This document shows positions 19,068 through 27,962 of a DNA stretch of 55,717 nt, piece by piece. Origin of the DNA: a virus (lineage: Duplodnaviria > Caudoviricetes). The notes below the pieces were generated by a model. It saw only the letters and a list, made by a program, of their open reading frames with translations, did no database searches and was not told where the DNA came from. Position 1 is the stretch's first letter, and the number at the start of each line of letters is the position of its first letter. The translations under genes were made by a program, and so were the position numbers. The DNA is taken from positions 1-55,717 of IMG/VR virus record IMGVR_UViG_3300005611_000035; one strand, given 5' to 3'.

Positions 19068-20389
19068 TAGTTACTTGCCATGTATATTTCTTCAGGCCGT
19101 AATCTTGGACGGGGTGATGTATCAATGGATCCACCTGAATCTTTTATCTGTTTTAAGTACTCAGTAGCGTACTTCCATCTTTCATTCTTAACTTCGGTTG
19201 GTGCGTTTGGATTAACTAATTTCTGTAGTTTATTTTTTGTTATATCTGATGGTTTTAAATCAAAGAATCCTCTATAATCCATGTACGCTATAGCAGCAGG
19301 TACTGCGTATTTAGGATCGTTTACTAATTCAGGATTTTTAACTAGGTCTAACCCCAAGCGCTTACCTACTTCTTCATAATTGCTTTTATGTGTTATCTGA
19401 ATTAGTCCACGGCCTTTGTATTTTTTACCGCCTTCATACTTTATATCCCACATAGCTTCACCTAAAGCTTTTCTATCTGCAGAACTGGCCTGACCGCCTG
19501 TGCGCTTACCTGATTTTTCGTCTGCTAATAGTCGTGCTTTTTGTTCTGCTGGTAGTGTGTTTAATGCTTTTGTTACATCTGTATCAAGCCATACATCTTT
19601 AGCTCCTGCTACTGAGTACCAAGGGTCTTCATCTTTAACACCATCGCCTATCTCAGTTTTAATAGCACCTAATAAAGCAGCAGAGTATATATTATTTCCT
19701 ACACTATTAATAATAGTATCTTGTACTTTTGCCATGTCAACAACACCATCTGTTGTAACATCAGCTTTACGTACTGCAGACACTATACTGGGAGAGTCTA
19801 ACGGCTCATTTACAGCTATCATTCTATCTGCATCATAAGGCTTAGCCATCAACCCTTTCCCACTGGGGGCTGCACCTCCATCAGCATCGTCGGTGACAAC
19901 AGTAGTATCAGAATCGCTAGTAAAAATACTGTCAAGCATTCTGTTAATTGCACTTTGTCTTTCCTTATCTATACTCTCTTTTGATGTCTCTAATTCCTCT
20001 ACATCTACAGGTACAGGTTCCTCTAATGCTCTAGGTGCTAGCTTCATTGGACCACTAAGAGCGCTTTCATTGTAGCGTTTATTCGCTATCTCTGTCGGCA
20101 GAGATCTAGTTATACCAGCAGTTTGTCGTGACAGACGAACCTCCAATGCAGAACGCTCTGCTTCTTCTTGCATCATCCTAGATATTTCTTCTGCTTGGCT
20201 TTTGCTTCTATCAAAAACATTACCAAAGAAAGACAGAAAGGTGCTCTCTTCATCCTCTTCTTTTTTAGTGTCGGGCTTGCTAAGAATACCTGTAGTGGTA
20301 GTCTCCTCTCCTTGGTCCTCTTTAGGAGACAGCATGTCTTGTAAAGCTTGATAGTCTTTATCTTGTTTTGTTAATTTAAATAATCCCAT
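19067..20389 (-). CDS. GH19 (chitinase-like) peptidoglycan hydrolase with a long N-terminal extension
   Basis: KYKGRGLIQITHKSNY..LGLDLVKNPELV GH19 signature. Confidence 0.8.
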   Translation of the reverse strand: MGLFKLTKQDKDYQALQDMLSPKEDQGEETTTTGILSKPDTKKEEDEESTFLSFFGNVFDRSKSQAEEISRMMQEEAERSALEVRLSRQTAGITRSLPTEIANKRYNESALSGPMKLAPRALEEPVPVDVEELETSKESIDKERQSAINRMLDSIFTSDSDTTVVTDDADGGAAPSGKGLMAKPYDADRMIAVNEPLDSPSIVSAVRKADVTTDGVVDMAKVQDTIINSVGNNIYSAALLGAIKTEIGDGVKDEDPWYSVAGAKDVWLDTDVTKALNTLPAEQKARLLADEKSGKRTGGQASSADRKALGEAMWDIKYEGGKKYKGRGLIQITHKSNYEEVGKRLGLDLVKNPELVNDPKYAVPAAIAYMDYRGFFDLKPSDITKNKLQKLVNPNAPTEVKNERWKYATEYLKQIKDSGGSIDTSPRPRLRPEEIYMASN

Positions 20390-20403
20390 TGCGTTTTACC
20401 TTA

Positions 20404-23130
20404 TCATACACCCAGGGCTTTCTTAGCCACCACTTCAACTACAGTATTCAAAAGTGTGCCTGTACCTTGTCCTCTGGCCTTATCAATCTCTGCCTGTGTT
20501 TGCATCTCAGAAATTAAGAGGGCGTTCTCACGTTCCGCTGCACTTTCCGCTGAACGCCAAGCATAATCTAAAGCATCACGCTCTTGTTGCAGTATATTGT
20601 TATACGTAGTTTCAGTGAGGTTATTAGCTACAAGAGCGGCCTCTCGGTTGGCTATATTCTGTGCAGCAATCTCCATAGTAGTAATATCTTGCTCCCACTT
20701 AGCATTAGCCTGTTCTACAATTAAAGCATTAGCTGCATTAAACTGCTCACGAGCATTCTGTTGTTGTGCATTAAATTGGGCTAAAGCATTAGCCTCACCA
20801 GCATTAAATCTCTCCATAGCATTTTTCTGATCAACGTTAAACTGTTGAATAGAACTCTGCAAGTTAGCCATGAACATGTTAACCTGATCTTCACTTGCTG
20901 CATTAAACTGAAGTGCTGCATTCTCAGCAGCAGCATCAGACATATATACGTTTGCTAAACTTTGTGCTTTAAACATAGCTACTTGTTGCAGGTTATTCAA
21001 ACTAGCCATATCAAAGTCTAGGAAGGCTTGAGCACGTTGTACGTTGGCTTGCTGTCTGTTATTCAAGTTAGCTAAGTCAAGCTGTGTCATAGCTGCAGCG
21101 TCTGCCATGATCTTAGCATTCTTAGCATCTAAGTTAGCAATGTCTACTGTCTGAGCCATACGAGCATTCTCTAGTGCGACCTGTTGCTCAGCAGTAAAGT
21201 TAATCTGTGCTATGTCAGCAATACGTGCAGCGTTTTGTACACGTGCTTGGAACTGTTGATCAAACTCCATACCTAAGAACTTAGCGCGTTGCTCTGCAGC
21301 AAACATAGCAGCCTGTTGTCTATTGCTTAAGTTCTGTGCTTCAAACTGTGCTACTGTCTGTGCATCTTGCATAGCAATAGGTAGGGCCGACTCCATTGCA
21401 GCTTGTACAACAGCCTGTCCCGCCATAGAGGATGCGGCTAGACCACGTGCAGCAAGTGTAGCTGTAGCGGCCCTCATAGCACCTGCAGCCCAAGGAGGTG
21501 TTTTACCTCCCTCAAACTGCTCTAACAACCCTGTAAGTTGCCCTTGTACTGTAGCCTCAGTAGATGGAACACCAGTAGCTGCTTCAAAATTAGTCTCTGC
21601 TTTAGCTCTTTCAAAGTCTACAGTTGCTGATACTTTCATAGCATCTGTAAACTCTAACGGTGCTACTTCTTCTACACGCTGTGCGTTTTCAATCTGGTCT
21701 ACTGTAAGACCTAACTGAGCTAGTTCTTGTGGGTCCATAGTAGCAGCTTCAGCTAAGGCTTGATCACTTGGCTTACCTGTTACAGCAGTTAGCTTAGACA
21801 TAACATCTATTACTTCTTGTGCAGCTTGATCAGCAGTGTAGCCCTTTGCTTCAAACTCTTCTGCTAAAGGCACATCCCCCTCTATAGCAGCCTCTACTAG
21901 ACCAGCACCAGCGGCGCTTGCTGCCGCTTGACCTGTACCCTCCGCCATCTTACCTGCTGCAATTTGCTCTGGTGTTGCTTTAGCCACTTCAGCAGTTTTA
22001 ACCATAGACATAGGGTCTTCTAATGCCGCCTTACGCATCTCTGTAGTACTAGGCATACCTACACGTTCTACATTAGTCTGCGCTTGTCTTAGCTGTGCTT
22101 GAGAATTAGTTATGTTAACTTTCTGTTCATCAATTAAACCTTGAATAACCTCACGTTGCGGATCGTTAGGCTCCATAGCAGCTAATTGACGTGTGTATTC
22201 ATTAAGTAAGTTCTGCTCTTTTGAAAGATTAGCCTGAGCTTCATTTAATTGTGCAGATGTTTCTTCTGGTGATACAACAGACTGTTCACTGTAATAGCTT
22301 TTGTATTGACCTAGCTGTTCTTTATACTTATCTAGAGAACCTTGATATTGTTGATACTCAGGGCTTGCTTTTACTTGCTCTAACGCAGGTGTAACTTGTT
22401 CAGCTATTCGCTCTCTAACCCTAGACTCTCGCGCAACATTAATCTTCATAGTTGCACCATTGTCAAACGTAACAGTCCAATCTTCTGGTTTTCCTGTTAT
22501 AGTATACTTAGTAGGATCTTCTGGCAGATTACCTGTTTTAACTAAGGCATCGAAACCTGTTTTAGTATCAGGAGATACCCCTGTCACGCTTTCAAGAGCA
22601 GTGTCCAATCCTTCAGTGCTTGGGCTTGTAGGTAGACCTTGTGATGGATCATACGGTGGAGGACCACCATCAGCAGGTCCAGTACCAATAGGCTGACCTG
22701 TTAACGGGTTTGTATCACCCATAGGTTGAGGTGTTACACCCTGACCACGTGTGTCTTCACCAAAAGGATTAGTATCAAACCCGCCTGTAGTGTTAGGTGC
22801 CATACCACCTGTTTGCATAGCAATAGGCTGTTGCTGCTGTTGCATATTAGGTTGAGCATACAAGCGATTATAGTCTAGTGGAGGCATCATAGGTTGCTGC
22901 TGCATAGGCATAGGAGGAGCCATGTAGCCACCTACTTGCATAGCTGTCTGTGGTCCACCCTGCACACGAGCCTTAGCCATCTCTGTGTACCTGCCCATCA
23001 TAGCAGCGGCTTTTGGGCTAGCCATCATAAATTTATTAAGGTCATCCTGTTGCGCCGGACCTTGATAGCCAGCTAAGGATAAGAGTACTTGTTGTTGTTG
23101 CGGTGTGAAACCACCAAAACGTGTAGCCAT
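20404..23130 (-). CDS. Internal virion protein, Gln/Ala-rich
   Basis: 908 aa, repeated QFNA/NLxNxQQA coiled segments. Confidence 0.6.
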   Translation of the reverse strand: MATRFGGFTPQQQQVLLSLAGYQGPAQQDDLNKFMMASPKAAAMMGRYTEMAKARVQGGPQTAMQVGGYMAPPMPMQQQPMMPPLDYNRLYAQPNMQQQQQPIAMQTGGMAPNTTGGFDTNPFGEDTRGQGVTPQPMGDTNPLTGQPIGTGPADGGPPPYDPSQGLPTSPSTEGLDTALESVTGVSPDTKTGFDALVKTGNLPEDPTKYTITGKPEDWTVTFDNGATMKINVARESRVRERIAEQVTPALEQVKASPEYQQYQGSLDKYKEQLGQYKSYYSEQSVVSPEETSAQLNEAQANLSKEQNLLNEYTRQLAAMEPNDPQREVIQGLIDEQKVNITNSQAQLRQAQTNVERVGMPSTTEMRKAALEDPMSMVKTAEVAKATPEQIAAGKMAEGTGQAAASAAGAGLVEAAIEGDVPLAEEFEAKGYTADQAAQEVIDVMSKLTAVTGKPSDQALAEAATMDPQELAQLGLTVDQIENAQRVEEVAPLEFTDAMKVSATVDFERAKAETNFEAATGVPSTEATVQGQLTGLLEQFEGGKTPPWAAGAMRAATATLAARGLAASSMAGQAVVQAAMESALPIAMQDAQTVAQFEAQNLSNRQQAAMFAAEQRAKFLGMEFDQQFQARVQNAARIADIAQINFTAEQQVALENARMAQTVDIANLDAKNAKIMADAAAMTQLDLANLNNRQQANVQRAQAFLDFDMASLNNLQQVAMFKAQSLANVYMSDAAAENAALQFNAASEDQVNMFMANLQSSIQQFNVDQKNAMERFNAGEANALAQFNAQQQNAREQFNAANALIVEQANAKWEQDITTMEIAAQNIANREAALVANNLTETTYNNILQQERDALDYAWRSAESAAERENALLISEMQTQAEIDKARGQGTGTLLNTVVEVVAKKALGV

Positions 23131-23141
23131 TTTATTTTACC

Positions 23142-23387
23142 TTATTTTAAAGACATCCAAACTGCTGCTGCTATAAATGATATAACGGCAACGGTTCCCA
23201 TCTTTACTGTAGTAGCCCATATGCTTTTCTTAGTTAATCTCCATGCATCTAGTAAACTACGCATTTCACGTAGGTCAGTAGCTGCTGTTTCATCTTGCAA
23301 ACCTAACTCACGCAGAGCTTGTGCCGCACCTCTTTTAGCTGCACGATCTAGCATTTCTTCCATTTGCTCTGGTGTTAAGTCTGTCAT
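23142..23387 (-). CDS. Small membrane-anchored protein (DUF6127-like)
   Basis: RAAKRGA..AL..LGL.D..A..DLREMR.LLDAWR plus a C-terminal transmembrane segment. Confidence 0.6.
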   Translation of the reverse strand: MTDLTPEQMEEMLDRAAKRGAAQALRELGLQDETAATDLREMRSLLDAWRLTKKSIWATTVKMGTVAVISFIAAAVWMSLK

Positions 23388-23395
23388 ATCTTACC

Positions 23396-23938
23396 TCAAG
23401 GTGCAGTAGGCCAATCAGCTTCACTCAAGTGAGGCCAGTTTTCATGCGTAGTAATGTCACGGAGGGCTTGTCTGTACTGTGTAGTTATATCATCTAATGT
23501 GTTATCTGTCAAGGCTAGATAGTCTGTAGCAGCTAGTAACTCATTGCGTTTCTTACGGTTAGTCTCTGCAGTAGCAGCATCTAGTGTAGCTTGATATGCA
23601 GCTTCATGTTCAGCTTTAGTAGTAACTACACCATCTTCGTCTGTTGTATCAGCAAACATATCTACTGCAGTGTACTCAATCATCCAGTAGTTAGCTAGAA
23701 TGTCATTACCCTCTTCGTCTTGACCTGTGACAGGACGTGTAGGTAAAGCATTACGTTGTACTGTTTGGTAAGCACCTAGTGTAGGCTTTGGCCCTTCTAG
23801 TACACCTACCATGCCATACCTCTGCATGGTACCTGATGTGATGTTCTTAGGAAAAGATACGTTAGGATTATCCCTGCGTAAGTCTCCAAACGTGTAAGGG
23901 AATTGTAATACTGTGTTTCCTGATATTTTAGCATACAT
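23396..23938 (-). CDS. Tail fibre assembly chaperone-like protein
   Basis: RNELLAATDY..YRQALRDIT..WP C-terminal motif. Confidence 0.75.
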   Translation of the reverse strand: MYAKISGNTVLQFPYTFGDLRRDNPNVSFPKNITSGTMQRYGMVGVLEGPKPTLGAYQTVQRNALPTRPVTGQDEEGNDILANYWMIEYTAVDMFADTTDEDGVVTTKAEHEAAYQATLDAATAETNRKKRNELLAATDYLALTDNTLDDITTQYRQALRDITTHENWPHLSEADWPTAP

Positions 23939-23953
23939 GTTGTGTTCTCCTTG

Positions 23954-25885
23954 TTATGCTATTGCGTAGAAGATGTAAGTGCCAGAAGCTTTGTCAGCAG
24001 CAATGGAAAAACCAGATGAATAAGGGTCTATTCTATCGGCAGTTGAATCTTCTGCTGCTGTTTGGTTAAGAGCTAATCTTGCATCATTACCTGCAACAAT
24101 ACCTCTTGCAGTATCGTGTACTTCCCAATTTGTTGCTGTATCGCTTACTTTTGTTATAACAAACCTAGCACCTGCGCTAAACCCACAGTCCACGTCTGTG
24201 TTGCTTCCTGTTGTGTGGCTTACACTCCCCACCTTAGATACACCATCTAGGCTTGCGAATAGGTAGGCTATGTATAGATCGTTAGAACCATTTACGTCAC
24301 TAGCCAAACCCAATGTAAACTGCGTGCTTGTTGGCGCAGTATCGTTCCATAAAGTAGAGTTGTCTATTTCTGCATTGGTAAGATTTAACCGTATAAAGTA
24401 ATCTTGTGGAGTTGTGCCGCCATTTAAACCTGAATGATACACATTCCAATTAGTAGCATTATCCCTTTCTTTTATCCACATCATCTCAGGCGCAACACCA
24501 AGGTTATGGCTTACAGTACGCCCTGCTGTTCCGTTCCCCGTGTAAGCAACGACATCAAAGAACGAGGGGGCACGGCGCCACATCCAGCCATACAAAGTTG
24601 CAAAGTCACCGTTGTTTGAGTCAACACCGTTCATGTAGTCAAACTGAGTGTTTACTGCTGCTGCCTCTGCGTTTGTAAGGTTAGTATAACTTACTTTGCC
24701 CTGACGTAGCCTATCACTTATGAGCCAGTTACTTACTATGTCGCTACGTCTGTAAAAGTACATATCAGTAACAAATCCAGATTTGTACCCAGGTTCATTA
24801 GCTGTTCTGCTTGCAACATCAAACACATCAGTCGCACTCTCAGGCACAGCCATAGGGCCACGGCGAATGGCTATGTAGATGTAGTCATTATTGCCATTTA
24901 CATCTGTACCACCTGTATTTAGGACAAACCCTGTCGCTGTAGGGTAAACTTGATAAACTTCACTTTCTGATGCTGTAGTGTTTGGATGCAAGTGAGGTAC
25001 GCCCGTCTGTGCTGCATCCGAAAACATACCACGCATATTATCTAAAAGTACCCAATCTAGAGCTGCATTTGTTCTTTTTATAAGTAACCACTGAGGCTCC
25101 CAGCCCAATGTGATCTCTTTTCCCGCAGCACCCGTCCCAGTATAACTCCCACACTTGATAATATCAGCATCACCATCAGGGCCAAACTCACCGTCACCAT
25201 CGTTGTGGGCGAATAGGTAGGCTACGTAATTTGAGCCAGTAGCATTTACTCTATTAGCATTCCCCAAAGTAACAGTAGTGCTTGTAGGGGCTGTATTATT
25301 CCAATAACTGCTACTAGCCGCACGAGCAAAGTTTTCATTTAGGTTCATATAATAGTTTTCTGGCGTGGGGTGCATACCTCTATGATAAACAGCCCAAGGA
25401 ACGGCTACACCTAGGTTTTTGATAATAATCATTCCGGGAACTGACCCTAGATTGTGGCTTATAGTACGACCAGCAACACTATCCCCAGTATAAGTCACCA
25501 CATCAAAGAACTTAGGGGCTTTGCGGAATGTCCAAGAGGCGTAGTCATATGAAGCATTGTTTACATCATTACCACCCTGAACAGAAAAACCGCTACTGTT
25601 AAACGCATTCAATCCGCCTGAGCCATACTGAACAGCAGCATTAGCTGTGTTACTTTCTAGGTGATTGTTGGCGCCTCTTTCAGTGTCGTGAAGGGAATGG
25701 TCATATGTGAAGTTACGTGTTTTAATCCAAACCAAACCACCTTCACCAGATAGGTCAACCCCATTGGTGATCGTCTGTGTAGAACCATTACCTTCATACA
25801 AATAAGTGCTGAACACATCTTCTACGTTCAAAGGCTTAACCAGGGTATTAGCTGCCTGTCCTGCTACTCGTGCTACATTGCTCAT
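23954..25885 (-). CDS. Tail fibre / receptor-binding protein with internal repeats
   Basis: Repeated FFDVVxYTG..GRTxSHNLGxxPxMxxIK units, beta-rich. Confidence 0.7.
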   Translation of the reverse strand: MSNVARVAGQAANTLVKPLNVEDVFSTYLYEGNGSTQTITNGVDLSGEGGLVWIKTRNFTYDHSLHDTERGANNHLESNTANAAVQYGSGGLNAFNSSGFSVQGGNDVNNASYDYASWTFRKAPKFFDVVTYTGDSVAGRTISHNLGSVPGMIIIKNLGVAVPWAVYHRGMHPTPENYYMNLNENFARAASSSYWNNTAPTSTTVTLGNANRVNATGSNYVAYLFAHNDGDGEFGPDGDADIIKCGSYTGTGAAGKEITLGWEPQWLLIKRTNAALDWVLLDNMRGMFSDAAQTGVPHLHPNTTASESEVYQVYPTATGFVLNTGGTDVNGNNDYIYIAIRRGPMAVPESATDVFDVASRTANEPGYKSGFVTDMYFYRRSDIVSNWLISDRLRQGKVSYTNLTNAEAAAVNTQFDYMNGVDSNNGDFATLYGWMWRRAPSFFDVVAYTGNGTAGRTVSHNLGVAPEMMWIKERDNATNWNVYHSGLNGGTTPQDYFIRLNLTNAEIDNSTLWNDTAPTSTQFTLGLASDVNGSNDLYIAYLFASLDGVSKVGSVSHTTGSNTDVDCGFSAGARFVITKVSDTATNWEVHDTARGIVAGNDARLALNQTAAEDSTADRIDPYSSGFSIAADKASGTYIFYAIA

Positions 25886-26235
25886 GCTATGTTACTCCCT
25901 GCTAGTTTGCCATAGTACGTAGTACCTCCGTCAACCGTGATAAACGTGTATAACTCTTTTGATGCTGTTGCTGTTGGGGCTGTACCTAAGTGCCACTTCA
26001 CTGAGCTAGGCCAAGTGATAGCACTACCGTCACCGTTGATCTCTACAGCAAAGCCAATAGCAATACCTGATGCTGGCGGGTTAGTGAATGACACAGTAGT
26101 TGCACCAGATGGTGTAAAGCTGAATGTGTTGCCTGTGGATAGGTCTAGGGTTCCAGACGCAATAGTACCGTTACTCCCCAAGTACCTACCTGCAAGTAGT
26201 CCGTTCTTTACGACAAAGCTCTTATTGTTAGCCAT
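25882..26235 (-). CDS. Fibre-tip paralog C (minimal, no insert)
   Basis: MANNKSFVVKN..LDLSTGN..ITWPSS..GTAPT..TVDGGTTY. Confidence 0.7.
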   Translation of the reverse strand: MANNKSFVVKNGLLAGRYLGSNGTIASGTLDLSTGNTFSFTPSGATTVSFTNPPASGIAIGFAVEINGDGSAITWPSSVKWHLGTAPTATASKELYTFITVDGGTTYYGKLAGSNIA

Positions 26236-26254
26236 CTATTTCACATCTCCATAG

Positions 26255-27391
26255 TTAGCTTAGATTGTCAGCAGTTTTAAAGCCGTGATACGTTGTACCA
26301 CCATCGTCTGTGCTGATGGTAAACAAGTCAGTCTCACCATTAGCAGGTGCAGCAGGGGCAGAACCACCAGCCCATTCTATTGAGGTAGGCCATGTGATGG
26401 TGGATGCGGTTGTGGAGTACTGATATACAGTGTCGTTTGTTTCACCAGTGGTGTAGAACTTATCCCCATTATCAGAGAACGCAAGCCCATAGAAGTCCGT
26501 ACCTACTTCAGAGATGGTATAGCTAATACTGTCGTAGCTTGCTGTGGAAACATCCCACGCTGTACTTAGTGTATAAGAGAACACGTTGTTTGTAGTGGTG
26601 TCTGCAATAAACATTCTTAGCCCATCCACACTGAAGTGTAGGCTCTGGGGGTCTGTTGCCTGACTTGTCACACTAAAGCTTATGGAATCATAGCTTGCTG
26701 TGGAAACATCCCAAGCGGTACTTAAGGTGTACTGATATACAGTATCGCTTAAGAAACCAACAACGTACATTTTAGTACCGTCTGGTTTAAAGAAAATACC
26801 CGTTGGCGCTGCTTCTTGCGATGCAACCGAGAAGGATTTACTGGCGTATGACCCCGTAGATACATCATATGCTGTGCCAAGGGTATATTGATAGACCGTA
26901 TCAGTATCAAACCCTACAGCATACAAAGATGCCCCACTGTCCCCTACAAACAGGGCAGTGGGTGCTGTAAGTTGAGAACTAACATCAAGGGACTTACTTG
27001 CGTAACTAGCAGTAGATACATCCCAAGCTGTACTAAGTGTGTACTGGTATATGGCATCATTAATTGCATCTATTGTGTACATTGTAGTACCGTCAGACTT
27101 GAAGAACAAGTCTTCTGGCCTTGGGCCTTGAGAGGAAACCGAAAAACTCTTGCTGTCATATACGGCCCCTGAAATATCATAAGGCGCAACACCACCAGTC
27201 ACCTCTACCTGAAACGACTGCACATCCCCAGCATTGCTGAAGGTGTATGTTGTGTTAGCTGTTAGTGTATCACTGAAGTAGTTGCCTGTGCTAAGATCAA
27301 TGTTGCTGCTAGTGATTGTACCAAGTGTTACCTTAGTGTCAGCACCGATTTGTATAGCATTCTTAACTACAAAATCTTTATTATTTGACAT
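26255..27391 (-). CDS. Fibre-tip paralog B with one beta-propeller insert
   Basis: Same termini as paralog C; repeated YQYTLSTAWDVSTASY blades. Confidence 0.75.
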   Translation of the reverse strand: MSNNKDFVVKNAIQIGADTKVTLGTITSSNIDLSTGNYFSDTLTANTTYTFSNAGDVQSFQVEVTGGVAPYDISGAVYDSKSFSVSSQGPRPEDLFFKSDGTTMYTIDAINDAIYQYTLSTAWDVSTASYASKSLDVSSQLTAPTALFVGDSGASLYAVGFDTDTVYQYTLGTAYDVSTGSYASKSFSVASQEAAPTGIFFKPDGTKMYVVGFLSDTVYQYTLSTAWDVSTASYDSISFSVTSQATDPQSLHFSVDGLRMFIADTTTNNVFSYTLSTAWDVSTASYDSISYTISEVGTDFYGLAFSDNGDKFYTTGETNDTVYQYSTTASTITWPTSIEWAGGSAPAAPANGETDLFTISTDDGGTTYHGFKTADNLS

Positions 27392-27962
27392 CTACTTCAC
27401 CTTCCATAGTTGTCTTTTTACGTTTAGCCCACCAAACCTTCCTAGCTTCGGACTGCTTTCTTTTAGTGGTATCTGAGTGTTTTCGGCCTTTACTTGTGGC
27501 ACTTATCTTTTGTCTTGTCTCTTCTGAAACTTCAACACCGTACCTAGGATTGTTAGAACCTGAGTTATTCTCAGACATAATCTTTAATGTCTCTTCAGAG
27601 TGTTTGCGTCCTGACTGAGACTTAGACATTTTAGCACGAGTCTCTTCAGTAATCTCCCTACCAATACAACCCCTGTTACCCCCAACAACAAGATTTAAAC
27701 AGGTTGGGTCTTCTACTACTCGTTCAGTAACTACAATAGATTCCCAAAGCAAACACTCGTCATACGTACCTAAAAACAAAACATTACGTACCCAATCTTC
27801 AGGGTCTTTACATTCTGTCCTACGTCTACCGCCAAACTTCTTATTAAACAATACACCACTACCTGCGTAGTTGTCCTCTGGACTGCCTTTGTGTATCCCT
27901 CTATAGAACTCTCCAGTAGACTTACGTACCCACTGATAGCCAAACGCCTCGTGTTCCATCAT
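27381..27962 (-). CDS. GIY-YIG (Seg-like) homing endonuclease with NUMOD3 repeats
   Basis: GYQW..FYRG..YAGSG; repeated HSEET/EETRAKMS/EETRQKIS motifs. Confidence 0.8.
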   Translation of the reverse strand: MMEHEAFGYQWVRKSTGEFYRGIHKGSPEDNYAGSGVLFNKKFGGRRRTECKDPEDWVRNVLFLGTYDECLLWESIVVTERVVEDPTCLNLVVGGNRGCIGREITEETRAKMSKSQSGRKHSEETLKIMSENNSGSNNPRYGVEVSEETRQKISATSKGRKHSDTTKRKQSEARKVWWAKRKKTTMEGEVDVK

